In this document: piece after piece, positions 50,547 to 61,714 of the stretch
Numbering within the stretch: the first letter of the stretch is position 1
Layout: each line of letters begins with the position of its first letter
DNA from: Ramazzottius varieornatus
Taxonomy: Eukaryota > Animalia > Tardigrada
Assembly: GCA_001949185.1 (NCBI GenBank)
Contig: BDGG01000024.1
Span: 62,001-126,000 of the forward strand
DNA: 64,000 bases
Direction: 5' to 3'
Translations under genes and position numbers: made by a program
Notes under the pieces: model-generated
What the model was told of the DNA's origin: nothing
The model's input: the letters and a program-made list of their open reading frames with translations, nothing else
The model's database searches: none

Positions 50547-53005
50547 TTACTCCACAGACAGCACTTTGATGTACTGACTTCGCTGCCGCATAGTTCGACA
50601 GAAATCAGTATTGTTTTCGCTGCCTGAAGGCTTTTGACAGACGCGAGTCTCACCGCTGCAGATACACCTGCAAACAGTGCCTGCGCAGTAATTGTCCAGC
50701 ACGGAATGCCGTGGAGTCGAAGCAGTACCGGCGTGATCGGAGAAAAAGAAGAACAAGTTTGACGTGAACCGCGAACTGATCCGTTACTGCGTTCAAGACG
50801 TTCGGACACTGAAAGCCTGCGCCGAGTCTCTGCGTCAGCAATTCCAAGACCTGTCCGGTGGACTGTGCATCTTTTCGTGTGCTTTGACCATCGCGGGAGT
50901 GTGTGGATATTTTTGGCGATGCCGAATGTTAAGGGAAGAGGAAGTGGAGCTGGTGCATCGCCCGTCGAAACGAGCCAGCTCGGTCAAGGCGCAAAGGTGG
51001 TTGCGCATGATGGCTGACGAAGACAATGTAATCGAGATGGAGACGGAAGTACACATTGGATCATATTATGTCGACGGCTTTGATAACGACACGTCAACAG
51101 TATACGAATTTTACGGTAAGCCGGCACTTCCTCCAGTGAGCAGAACGAATTGGCAGTTTTCTTTTTGCTCCCACAGGATGTCTCCATCATGGGCACGATA
51201 CGCACACTCGACCGGAAACTGTTCACCCGTGGCTCAAGCAGTCAATGGGTGACTTGTTTCGTCGGACAATGGCTCGAGAACGGCAGATCATCCAGCTGGG
51301 CTACCGCGTCAAGTCGATCTGGGAATGTGAGTTTGACCGGCTAATGAAATCCGACGCCGGTCTACGGCGGGAACTAGATTCGGCTGTTATCGTGACACGT
51401 CTGGAACCGCGCGCCAGTTTATACGGTGAGTGGACCTCAGAGTAGGACAATCACACAGCACGTCCACGACTAGTTTTTATTTGGTACAGGTGGACGCGTC
51501 AATGGTACCGTTTTACATCATCGGTGTCGTGCCGGAGAAGAAATCCATTACCGCGACGTCATCTCGGAGTACCCGTGAGTTACTGCACACGGTGCCGCAC
51601 TGAGTTGTTTTCGTACGTACGTGTGCATATATCTACAGGTTCGTCAACAAGACCAAACGGTATCCAGTGGGTAAACACACCGTCATTACTCGCAATTTCG
51701 TTGACGATGTAACGGCGTACTTTGGCCTACTGAAGATAAAGATACTACCACCCCGCGACCTGTGGATCCCCGTACTACCGTACCGTACATCCAAGCTCAC
51801 CTTCCCTCTGTGCCTCTGTGCTGACACCGATCAGTGTACGCCCTGCCAGCATGACGATGAGGAACGGGCCCTGCTGGGAGTATGGTGTTCACCGGAAGTT
51901 GAGAAAGCCTTCGAACGGGGCTACCGCGTCCTCCAGTGTTACGAGATGTGGCATTATTCCGAGTCCAGAGAACGACTTGTCGCCGAGTACATAGACCACT
52001 TTTTAGCCTTAAAAACACAAGCCTCTGACTGGCCCGCCGGAGTGAAAACCGACGCGGAAAAGGAGGCATTTCTGCGGGACTTCCTTCAAACTGAAGGTGT
52101 CCAATTGGACCGAGAGAAGATGGAGAAAACTCCTGGTATGAGAGCACTAGCCAAGCTCTGTTTGAAAGGGAAAGGGAAAAACCTGCACCCTCATAGTCCG
52201 TCAGTGTCATGTTTATTTTTTCCTAGTTTCTGGGAAAGTTGGCGATGCGAGACAATAAACCCGCTACCATTTTTATCAAGGACCCACACAAATTTCACGA
52301 GTTTCTCAATTCAACTCAGTACAACGTCACGTCCTTTGATTTGATCAACGAAGATGTGCTGCAACTATCGTATACGTTACAAGAGGAGTTTGTGGAAACC
52401 AACCCGAAGACTAACGTGGTCTTGGCAGCGTAAGTGTACGGGAACAGGAGAACGCGGAATGACCATGCGAAGACAAATAAATAAAAATCACTTTCTTGCG
52501 TAGGTTCACGACAGCCCATGCTCGCTTACATCTGTTGCAGTACTTGGAGATGTGTGGAAGGCGGACCCTCTACTTTGACACTGACAGCATCATCTACGTG
52601 TGTGGCGACGGTGATATCCCCTTATCGACGGGAAATACCCTGGGATGTTTGACCAGTGAGCTGGAAGAAGGGGAACACATTGTGGAATTTTGTGCCACCG
52701 GCGCCAAGTCTTATTCGTACATTACCAACAAGGGCCACGCGGTCTGCAAAGTGAAGGGCTTCACGCTGACGCGCTGTGCTGGACGCGTCATCAACTTCCA
52801 CACCATGCGCGACCTGTTGACGGTTCCCGGTCCCCAAGTTTTACCTGTCCACTATCCGTTCAACATTCGCCGTCGCAAGAGAGAGCTGGAGATCGACGCA
52901 GTGCCCGTTGTTAAAAAGTTCCAGCCGACATATACGGACAAACGAGTGGTTGATACAGCGACGTGGGCCAGCACGCCCTATGGTTATGACATGGCTCTGT
53001 TATAG
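50547..53005 (+). pseudogene. Protein-primed DNA polymerase B with a VSR-like nuclease insert, multi-intron; most of the exonuclease region deleted
   Basis: 'HFDVLTSL', Cys cluster, 'YCVQDV', 'VDGF..VYEFYG|CLHHG', 'YG|GR', 'DVISEYP|F', 'KLCL.SFWGK', 'YFDTDS', 'GAKSY', 'KVKGF'. Confidence 0.95.
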
Positions 53006-53290
53006 TCTACTGTGGTTTGTGGTCGAATTTCCCTGCTGTGGTATTTTATCACTAGACGTAATAAAAGATGGCTGAAGAAGTGAACGAGCCAGTTCGGTAG
53101 CGGCGTGACACAGGCCAGAGTTTCCTCGCAAGCGGAAAATTTCAAAAATATCTAAAAGAGCCAACGAAATCACGATAAAAATGGTTAAGGTTAGACCAAG
53201 CCACGGCGGAAGGAGGTGAGCTCGAGAAGGTCTAGGGCTGTAAGATGGGTAGAGGGGAGGGGACAAACCAGGAATTCCCGATGAGGCCAT
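53000..53290 (-). CDS. Small single-TM hypothetical protein
   Basis: ORF with one hydrophobic stretch 'WLGLTLTIFIVISLALL' between the IAP and pPolB genes. Confidence 0.3.
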   Translation of the reverse strand: MASSGIPGLSPPLYPSYSPRPSRAHLLPPWLGLTLTIFIVISLALLDIFEIFRLRGNSGLCHAATELARSLLQPSFITSSDKIPQQGNSTTNHSRL

Positions 53291-53359
53291 GATGGCAGCG
53301 ATGGTCACTAGCTGGCTATGTTGTTGTGTACAAGAGCTACTTAAATGCCAGTACGTAAT

Positions 53360-55229
53360 TTAAGAAAGTAAAATTTCTTTGCGGTCGCGGATCAGCTGGC
53401 TGCGCACGGGGCAGTGTGTCATGGCCGCGCCGCAGCGTCCGCAGGTGCAGACGTGTTGGCACGGCTCGAAGAACACCGACGACTGGAAGTCCAAGCAGAT
53501 CTTGCAGCGCAGTATATTACGCAAGGCTTCCTCATTTCCGTTGGTCAGCTGGGCTCGGTCCGCATCGCGCATGGCTTCCTGGTTGATCAACGTCTGTTTG
53601 CGTTCTTCGATGCGTTTCAGCAGGGCTTCGTAGCTCCAGACAACGTCGTGCGTCGAGTCCAGGTCCAACACATACTCGGCATGTCCATAGTCATCGGGCC
53701 AGTGCAGACGGATACAGCGCAACAAGGCTTGCTTGCCTGCAAAGAAGAAAATCATCATTCAGTTTCCACGCGGTCAGCAGCAGCAGTGGAGGAGAAAGTC
53801 GTTCCCTGAAAGCGACTTTCTCCCCTGACCCGCTGCGGAGCAGAAAGTCATCTTCAGCCAATGACTTTACACTCCAGTGCCTACTTTCCAAGCCGCGGTA
53901 CAAGGTGGAGGAATGCCCACGCAGGATGGAGCAGACGTTGTTGACGAAGCAGACAACACGGGTGTTGATGACGTAGGCACAAGTCGCTGCCGCCTGCACG
54001 TGTCCCACCCACGGGTCGACATCGTTACCGCGCACCTCCACTTGGACATGCAGTAGAAGCAGCGAACGATGGCGGGGAAGCCTCCTGTAACAAAAGAAGT
54101 CAGGACTTCAGGAGAGAGAAAGGTGTAAAACCGATCTGCAACAAAAATAACGGCAGTCAGGGACTCGATAGCCTGACGAGTATCCCAACAACGGTCCGTC
54201 TGGACCGCGTAGCGGTCGGACGGACTATTGTTGGGCCTTTTGAGAAACGGAGAAGTTTTTCGGGCAAACCGCTGGTTTTGGCCGGCGGGACCTTTCTCAC
54301 TCTAGTGTTGAGACAGAGCTGCTGTATTGCGCGGCCCAGGGTACTGCCGAGTCGGTGGGCTGCGCGTGACGGACTTACGTTTGAAGTAGAAGCCGGCCAT
54401 GGCCAAGGACGATGCCATGCCCCACAGTCGCGTGAGCCAGTACGGGTTGCATTACGAAACGAAGCGAGCAGCGTACGAAGACATGTCACGACGCTTGGAG
54501 GCTGGCGGGGTCATACAGTACTCCAGAGCGTCCTGCAGCGGATCGACGGTGGCCGGATATCCGGGATTCAAGGTGGCTTGGTTCTCCAGATCGTGCTGGC
54601 TCGTTCGTCCTTCACACAAATGACGCTGAGTGGTGAAGACCTCGATGCTGGTGATCCCAGTCTTATGGCAAGCGCAGTTCATGGTTGACGCCCGAGCAGT
54701 ACCAACCACGGCCAGCCAGTTCCATCTTGCGGCTAGCGCTGATGGGACAGAAGCGAAACGAAGCCAGCCGGTTGAACTGGCTATAGACGGGCAGACGCGC
54801 ATCTTGCATCAGTTCGCCGCAGTGCATGGTGGACCAGGTGCGCGAGAGGAATCCCATCGGGTTGGGCGGCGGCGGGAGCGGTGGATGAGATGCGGCGTTG
54901 TTGTTGTTGTTGGCGGTCGGCGGCGGCGGGCCTGGAGCTGGATGGTTGTTGCTATCGATGGAGGCCACAGCGGCTGCGACGGCGGCGTTCGCTGCTGCCT
55001 CGTTCTCCAAAATGGCTGCCGCTTCCACTTCCATCACGGGAATCAGCAATGCTCCGTCATCGTCCACCACGTCCATGATGTCATCGGCGTCAGAGTCACC
55101 GTCGCTGTCCGCGATGCCATGGTCGACGTTGTTGGTGACGAGGAAACTACCAGGAGCCCCAGCACTGGGCGCCGATACGGGTAAGACCGGTGGAGGGGTG
55201 GGCGTACCGCGAAACGCCGGGCTGGCCAT
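53360..55229 (-). pseudogene. Inhibitor of apoptosis (BIR-BIR-RING), intron-containing, disrupted
   Basis: BIR1 'RLASF...ELAGRGWY'; BIR2 'ARFVS..W..LAMAGFYF|..VRCFYC..DPWVGH...CAYV'; RING 'CKICLD..VFFEPCQHVCTCGRC..CPVR'. Confidence 0.9.
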
Positions 55230-55269
55230 GATGCACAAAGAATGGACATTGAACGGATGAAACGTTGCC

Positions 55270-55470
55270 GGTTTTATACACCAACAATCCTAAACTCAAC
55301 AGTAACCCCCCCCCCTTTTCCATGAAAACCACAACGGCTGTTTTGCGTAAAATCCATCCCGCCCATTGGCGCAAGAACCATGTTAGCAGTGTGGCGTAAG
55401 ATCCATGCAGCCGGTATGGCGTGAAAAGTGCCCCTTCCGTGACATGCTGCCGGACGCCGCATATAAAAGG
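55270..55470. promoter_or_regulatory. Divergent promoter region with outward-facing TATA boxes (IAP and PC4-like genes)
   Basis: TATAAAA on the minus strand at ~55272-55278 and on the plus strand at 55462-55468. Confidence 0.5.
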
Positions 55471-55655
55471 CAGGAGGACTATGCTCCGAAGCTTGCATTC
55501 ATTCATTCTCTAACGCCGCCGCCGCCGGCCACCACCACCACCACCACCGTCACTTCCTTTCTTTTCGAAAAGTTTCCTGTTCTGGGCTTGCCTCGTTACG
55601 TTTTGGGTCTGTCCCTGTGGACTATTGTAGGTTGTGTGATGGACAACACCAACCG

Positions 55656-57021
55656 ATGGCACCACCTCCGAAATTCGCCAGGACCAAGACTGTTCGCGTC
55701 AAGCCCCAAGTTCCCAAACTGGACCTGGTCGGAGGTCAACCACGGCTGGCCACCGATCAACCCACCACACCACCTACGCCAACTCCCAGCAGTGTGCAGT
55801 GTAAGCTTAAGTTCCCCACTGTTAGCAACTGCGCGAAGAATGCTGCGGTGGCTCCTCAGCGGGATCTACAAGACTTTGTTCTCCTCAGCAGCAACAATAA
55901 GCGCTACGTCAACGAGGACCTCAACATTGAACACAAGCGAAAGTTCCCCACCGGAAAACCAGCCTTCCTGTACCAAGGGTTCCCTGTGATGAAGTTTGGG
56001 TACGCTACTCGAATTTTATTGTTTCATTATTCGTTATGGTTTCAATGTTATATTTTTTTCCCTCTCCTCTTCGTAGGTACGACAAGTTCTGCTGCCGGCG
56101 CTTGACGGACGAGAACGAGCTGGAAGCTGTCATTGGCGACTTCACCTGCGATCCTCCGGGCTCCGGCAAATGGGAACCGGGAGCCAAGCACGTGGTTCTC
56201 AACAAGGAGCAACTGCTGCGCCTGGTTGGGCTCATCTTCAACAACTTCACGACTAACTGCCGTGACGCCAAGGTCGCTGATACCGGTGCCAAACTGTCCT
56301 CCATGTACAACCTGGGGAAGGAGGTCCACTTTGTCTGGTGTGCCTACAACGACACGGCCATGGCTAACGTCCGCCAGTACTTCCGGCGCGCCGATGGTGA
56401 CATGCAAGCAACCAGCCAAGGCGTCTCGCTGACGCCCAAAGCCTACGACTCCTTCCGGACTGGCATCATGGACCTGACGCTAATGATAAAAGCTGAGAAG
56501 GTCCTGAGCTTCCGCACTGGTCCAATCCCTCCCCTACCCAAACCCAACCTAGAAGAACTGATCATGGGCCTGCCTTTCGTCATGTTCAAACAGTGGCTCT
56601 CGCGACTGGAAGAAAAGTGTGACAAGTGTCAGCAGCTTCGTCTGGTCTTCAAGGAGCCGTTGCGCCGGGACGCAGCGCACACCTGTCACTGGGGACGAAC
56701 GGAGCTGACCTTGGACCAATGCATGAAGGCGGAAATTTTCCGCGAACTTCTCCACAGCAAGCGGGTCTTTGGTACGGGGAAGTTACAGCGGGCATTTTGT
56801 TTGTTAGTGGAATGCAAAAGTACCTAACAACGATTTTAACCGCTGCAACTTTTGCTACAGGTATGCTGCTCCTGCTGAAGCCCTACGGAGATGCCAGCAA
56901 CTTTGACAACTTGCTGCAGTTCCCGATCCAGGATTTCCTCCTCACCCACAAGGCGGACCTGTTCGAGCAAATGAAGGTGATTGCCCACGAAGAGCTGAAG
57001 ATAACCAAGATTGTGGAGTAG
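55656..57021 (+). CDS. Tandem PC4/Sub1-like ssDNA-binding/coactivator protein (introns 56000-56076, 56772-56860; 3' end uncertain)
   Basis: 'YNLGKEVHFVWCAYNDTAMANVRQYFRRADGDMQATSQGVSLTPKAYDSF' aligns with PC4 '[50 protein letters not shown]'; a weaker upstream repeat ends 'WEPGAKHVVLNKEQLLRL'. Confidence 0.75.
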
Positions 57022-57251
57022 TCTCCTTTAAGCCAGGTGAGGACCGGAAGATTAATTGTGCCTCTCTTTTGACCATAAATTGATTATTCGGTTCTCACGC
57101 AGGTTCCGCCTAGCCCGTGACCATCACATGGTAAGGACCAACGAAATTACTTAGTGCTGTACCAGTCACTGAGTATTCTTTGGTTTCTTCACAGTCCTAT
57201 CAGCTAGCGTCGAATCATTCGAGAAACACCCAACACCGCAATACCAGTTTA

Positions 57252-57413
57252 CCATTTATCTTTATTGCACAAATTCTCTTGCACTTTGTCTAACTAGTAC
57301 CGTCTTGTACACCCGTGTTTTTAGATCGAAAAAGTTATTCATAAATTGACAAACCATCTTTTCGCTATCGCGCGTGTCTCGTCAGTAAACAAGTGAATAA
57401 GATTCTATGTAAG
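57252..57413 (-). pseudogene. Diverged inverted fragment of the protease 3' end
   Basis: Reverse complement aligns with ~48345-48503 (e.g. CACTTGTTTACTGA, AAGATGGTTTGTCAA, ACACGGGTGTACAA, TGCAAGAGAATTTGT), about 80% by eye. Confidence 0.85.
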
Positions 57414-57459
57414 ATTGGCCTCTTCAGTGGTTTTTGTTGTCGTCGACAGCCATATCGCC

Positions 57460-57725
57460 GGAGTGAAAAGTCACTCTGGCAAGTCGACTTTCTACCCTTG
57501 CGCCGGAGTGACGTCATATCACCGCAACGGAGTAGAAAGTATACTGGGCAAATCGACCTTGTACTCTGGACACGGGCTGACGTCACTGTAGAGCACCGGA
57601 GGAAAAAGTCGATTCAGAAGAAGCACTTTCTCCTCTGCTGCAGTAATAAGACGTCTTCCCCCTGCCTAGATTCGAAAATCCATTGGGTAATGTTACCTCT
57701 GACTCTACGGCTGGAAAATACCGAT
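57460..57725. repeat. hr-like array B, inverted copy of 48579-48844
   Basis: 266 bp with 7 mismatches; GACGTC at 57510, 57579, 57650. Confidence 0.92.
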
Positions 57726-57930
57726 CGGTTTTATCCCTGCGTATTTTTTCCCTTATCATGTTCGTTGTTATCCAGTACTTCGACAGTGACACAACAGCAA
57801 TGGTTTACTATCGAGTTCGATGAGACATGGTAATACAGTATACTAACTGGTACGCCTACAACGAGGAAATACTCAGATAAAAACGAGAAAAATACTACAA
57901 AACGCACTATTCCGCCTGTTCCATCCAAAA

Positions 57931-60900
57931 TCAGGGAGACGCGGCGGTGGGCACACGTTTCCCGTTTTCGAAGACGTACCCAATCATACCTCGGTAAACG
58001 GCTTGGCCGCATCTGCAGCGAATGCCGTCGCCTAACCGCTCCACCTGGTACCGATAATTGTACGTTAATTCTTCATTAACTCCAATTACTCTATTCCCAA
58101 CTAGTTTGAGACAAGGTAAGCCGTCCTTTGTCCAATTCTCGACACTCTAGTTCGGATCACAGGAGTGATTCACGAATCGCATTGTGCCGCCTTTCTTTCG
58201 TGCATCAACAAAAAACGGACCGCCGTGGTTCGTCGCACTGTGCAGCTGCATTATGTAGCAGCCGTTGGCGCCCTTCCGAAGTCGCTTCTTCTTCTCCGTA
58301 GCATCGATCACTTCTCCATGGTACGATCCAATGATCTTTCCCTAAAATAGGCAGGAAGAAAACAGCAGCTGTACGATAAGGTACTGGCAAATGAGCTTTA
58401 CACAACTTATAGTCTTACTCACTCGTGGAATCACCTCCTTGGCCACAACCATCTTGTCTCCATCCGGATGATCCACCACATCCACCTTTGCCCACTTGTG
58501 CACGTCGCGAAGATCTCTGTTGTTGCAGTGTCGAGGTGGATTGTTTTTCAGGTCCTTACAATCATTCGGGCATTCTTCCTTCATGACGTGCCTGTTGCTG
58601 TATTGGTTGCCGGTCGGATTGTCGCCACAGCGAGCCGGCATATCTTCAGGACAGTCACAAATCTGGTCGCCGGAAGTCTCCGAATCTGACGAGCCACCCC
58701 GCTTCTTTCGCTTCTTCCTGTTCACAAGCTCTCCCCAATCATTGTCCTGCAGCGAATTTGTACTAGATTATTTTCCCGCGGAAAACCAAGGTAGAAGGAG
58801 TTTACGTACCGCTATTAGTTCGAAAGCTTTGTCTGATTCGGTACCGGACTCGTCGCCGCTCGAGTCTTCGCCATCTCCGTCACAGTCGTCATCGTCTTCC
58901 TCTTCGTCATCCGCCGCGCAGCCCTGCGAGGCAACAGTGCCCTGCGATGGGCGGTCAAGATAGGAGACCGCTCTGGGTGACGAGGAATTATGAGGGATAG
59001 AGCTGGACAGGCTCATCACAGGCGACGGTGGTTGGCCACTGGTCACGGTCGGTCGCGGAGACGAAGACGTTCCGGGCAGCGGAGTACTCGCTGCTAGAGG
59101 GCGAGGGCTAGATGAAGTTTGACGTTGGAGCGGATGCAGCTGAGACGGAGCACCAGAGGCGGTGGAGGTAGCGCGGGACGTTGTGCGCGAACGATGTGGA
59201 ATGGCTAGTCGTCCGTTTGACTCCGGTGTGCGTGAATATCGAGATACCTGGAAAAGTAAATTGGATGGTCAACCAAACATGAGACGGACGACCACAGGTT
59301 GCAAGTCTGCAATTCACCGATAAATCTCGGCCGGGCGATCGTCTGATCTCTTCCGGAGTTCACTTCTTGCGGATCGGAGCGAGCTGCTTGCTGACTGATG
59401 ACTTCTCGGCGGTTCTGGTTGCACGCGGCTGTTGCGACCGCTAACAGTTTGAGGAAGCGGCGGCAGAGCAGCGGGACTGGGACTTCGACTGGGCGAAGCA
59501 GAAGCTCGAGCACGGCGTCGGACCTACAAAACGTAGAACCGACTCACACCAGAGTAATAAAGCGATTCCTCAAACACACTTTCTACTTTACAACTGCGCC
59601 AGAGTGAAAAATCGTGCTGTCAAAACGACTTTCTACTCTGACGCAGTAATACAGCAAAGATACAGCACCAGAAAATACTATTTCTGTGATTGGCCTCGCG
59701 AAAGGGTACCATCCCTTCCGTTGCTACTGCTGGATCGACCTCGGTCTGACACACGTGACGCGCTGCCAACGACACTGCGGGCTGTAGACATCCGACTTCT
59801 TGTTCCGTTGCGATCAGACAGACAACGAACAGCTAGTGCCCGTCCACGAGCGCCGGGTGCCCAACCGGAACGACCATGCCTCCGACCACGAGCGACACCT
59901 GCCGGAGGGTCGTTGCCACCATGGTCGTCGTCATCATCGTTTCCACTACCGCCGTCGCCGTCACCATCGTTGTGGTTACCAGTACGGTCAGCCGGTCCAT
60001 CCTCATCGTTCTGTTTATCGTCGGCTGTGTCATCATCGTTTGCCCCCACATCCGTTCCCTACTCCGTATCAGACAGATTCTCTTCGGTCTTGTAGGCTTC
60101 CCAGTCCCTCTCGTCATGGCTCCCGTCGGAGTCACCCTCGCGAGGCTCTACACCCAGGATTACAGCATCGGAAGGCCAGTGCTTCTACAAAATACATACA
60201 GTACATAAGAATACACAGAATACACGAATGTGCTTCCTACTGTAACTCACGTTGACCAGCAGCCGTACTAGCAACCGCCTGAGCTGGTTGACTTTCTTCG
60301 CCGACAATGGTGTCGAAGGCACGCGGTTCTCCTGCGCACAGAAGCTGCTGTACTCGTACGGATCAGGGATGGGCAGCTGCGGATCGGGCGTCTTGAACAA
60401 AGAAGGAGTCTGTATTCCTCTCTGCATTATTCTGATGATCTGTGTGAGCAGATGCATCAGAGTATGCAGAAGGGAGCGTGTTGCTCTCTCAAGATCGGTC
60501 CGGAACCGCTCGAAAGAACCGCGTGGATCACGAGCCATCGCATAAGCCAAGGTTACAGCATATGCGCGCTGGATACCTCTGGCTGCTCGCATTCGACGTC
60601 TGATCTCCTCTTCCAGCACACTGAGATCCAGAAGAACACGTTCCGCCCGGTACCTCTCCTTAGCTAAACCACTTTCCAATTTCCAGTCGCGATTGATGTT
60701 CAGATTCATGTAGAATGCTGATCTGCCCATGAACTTGGTGATGTTCTCCACCAGCTTTTCCGGAACAGCTTCGGTTGTGTTCGCCGCCATACGATGGATC
60801 GTGTCGCTGGACTGGACAACGTGCTCCGCGGTGAGAAGAGTTCCATAGGCGGCAATGGGCTTCACAGGCTTCAGCATGGCGGACAGGCACTGTAAGTCGG

Positions 60901-61321
60901 CGGATGAGATGGCATCCAGCTTTAGCTTCTTGCGGGCCTCCGTGTGGATTTTCGTCAGTACAGATGTTTGTTTGGTGATCAGCTCAGCCAAATAATGACG
61001 CGTGACCATCAGGTGGTAATTCACATACATGTACTGATCATGGTGGTCATGCATAACCTGCAACTACAATAGAAACAAAGTTAAGTACAAGATACTTGGT
61101 AGTTTCGAGTAAACAGATGCAAAGGATGGTCGTACCAATTCGTCCTTCTGGTCTTGGTCCATGCTGCGTACCCATGCTGTCGGAAAACTGGCAGGTATGG
61201 TGATATCCAGACGTGGGAGCCCGCTGATGTCTGCCTTCGTGATTCCCAGAACATACGTGTAGAGGTTCCTCTGATCGGTCCGGCGCTTCTCCTCCTTGGC
61301 GATATTCTTTCGGGCCGGCAT
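57931..61321 (-). pseudogene. Large multi-exon protein ending in an AWS-SET-postSET histone-lysine methyltransferase domain (Set2/NSD/ASH1-like)
   Basis: AWS 'CDC...CG...NR...EEC..DC...CNN'; intron 58422-58342; SET 'IGSYHGEVI...YIMQL...VDARKKGGTMRFVNHSCDPN*...EELTYNY'; post-SET 'CRCGQAVYRGMIG'. Linkage to upstream exons (helical, acidic, Ser/Arg-rich) is inferred from GT-AG junctions. Confidence 0.85.
59552..59638. repeat. Two further 37-bp palindrome units inside a probable intron of the SET gene
   Basis: GAGTAATAAAG-N15-ACTTTCTACTT (59552) and GAGTGAAAAAT-N15-ACTTTCTACTC (59602). Confidence 0.75.
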
Positions 61322-61714
61322 GTCTCAACGATAAATATAACACAAATTCTACTTTACTGATAAATAATAAGCATCTCAGGAAGTCCGGATGGAATACGCT
61401 CGTTTCGGACAAGACTCGAAGGATGGACAGAAATTTTCGGACCAGCAAGATCGACCTCGAAAATTCACCCTGCTGTGTTACCATGTTTACTGACAGGCAG
61501 CAAAGTCACACCTGTGTGCTACATTACAGCCTTTATTCGCGGACATCAACATCCTTTATCTTTAAGCGGTCTACAATGGGGCAGGCAGGGAACAATAACA
61601 ATAGCCATNNNNNNNNNNNNNNNNNNNNNNNNNNNNNNNNNNNNNNNNNNNNNNNNNNGTATAGGGCGTGGCTCTGCATGGACGTCACCTTACATTGCTG
61701 GAGTAAAAAGTACA

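Noticed and set aside
54157-55260. Long overlapping ORFs antisense to the IAP (and similar ones at 59604-60255)
   Set aside because: Shadow frames of GC-rich, low-complexity coding sequence.
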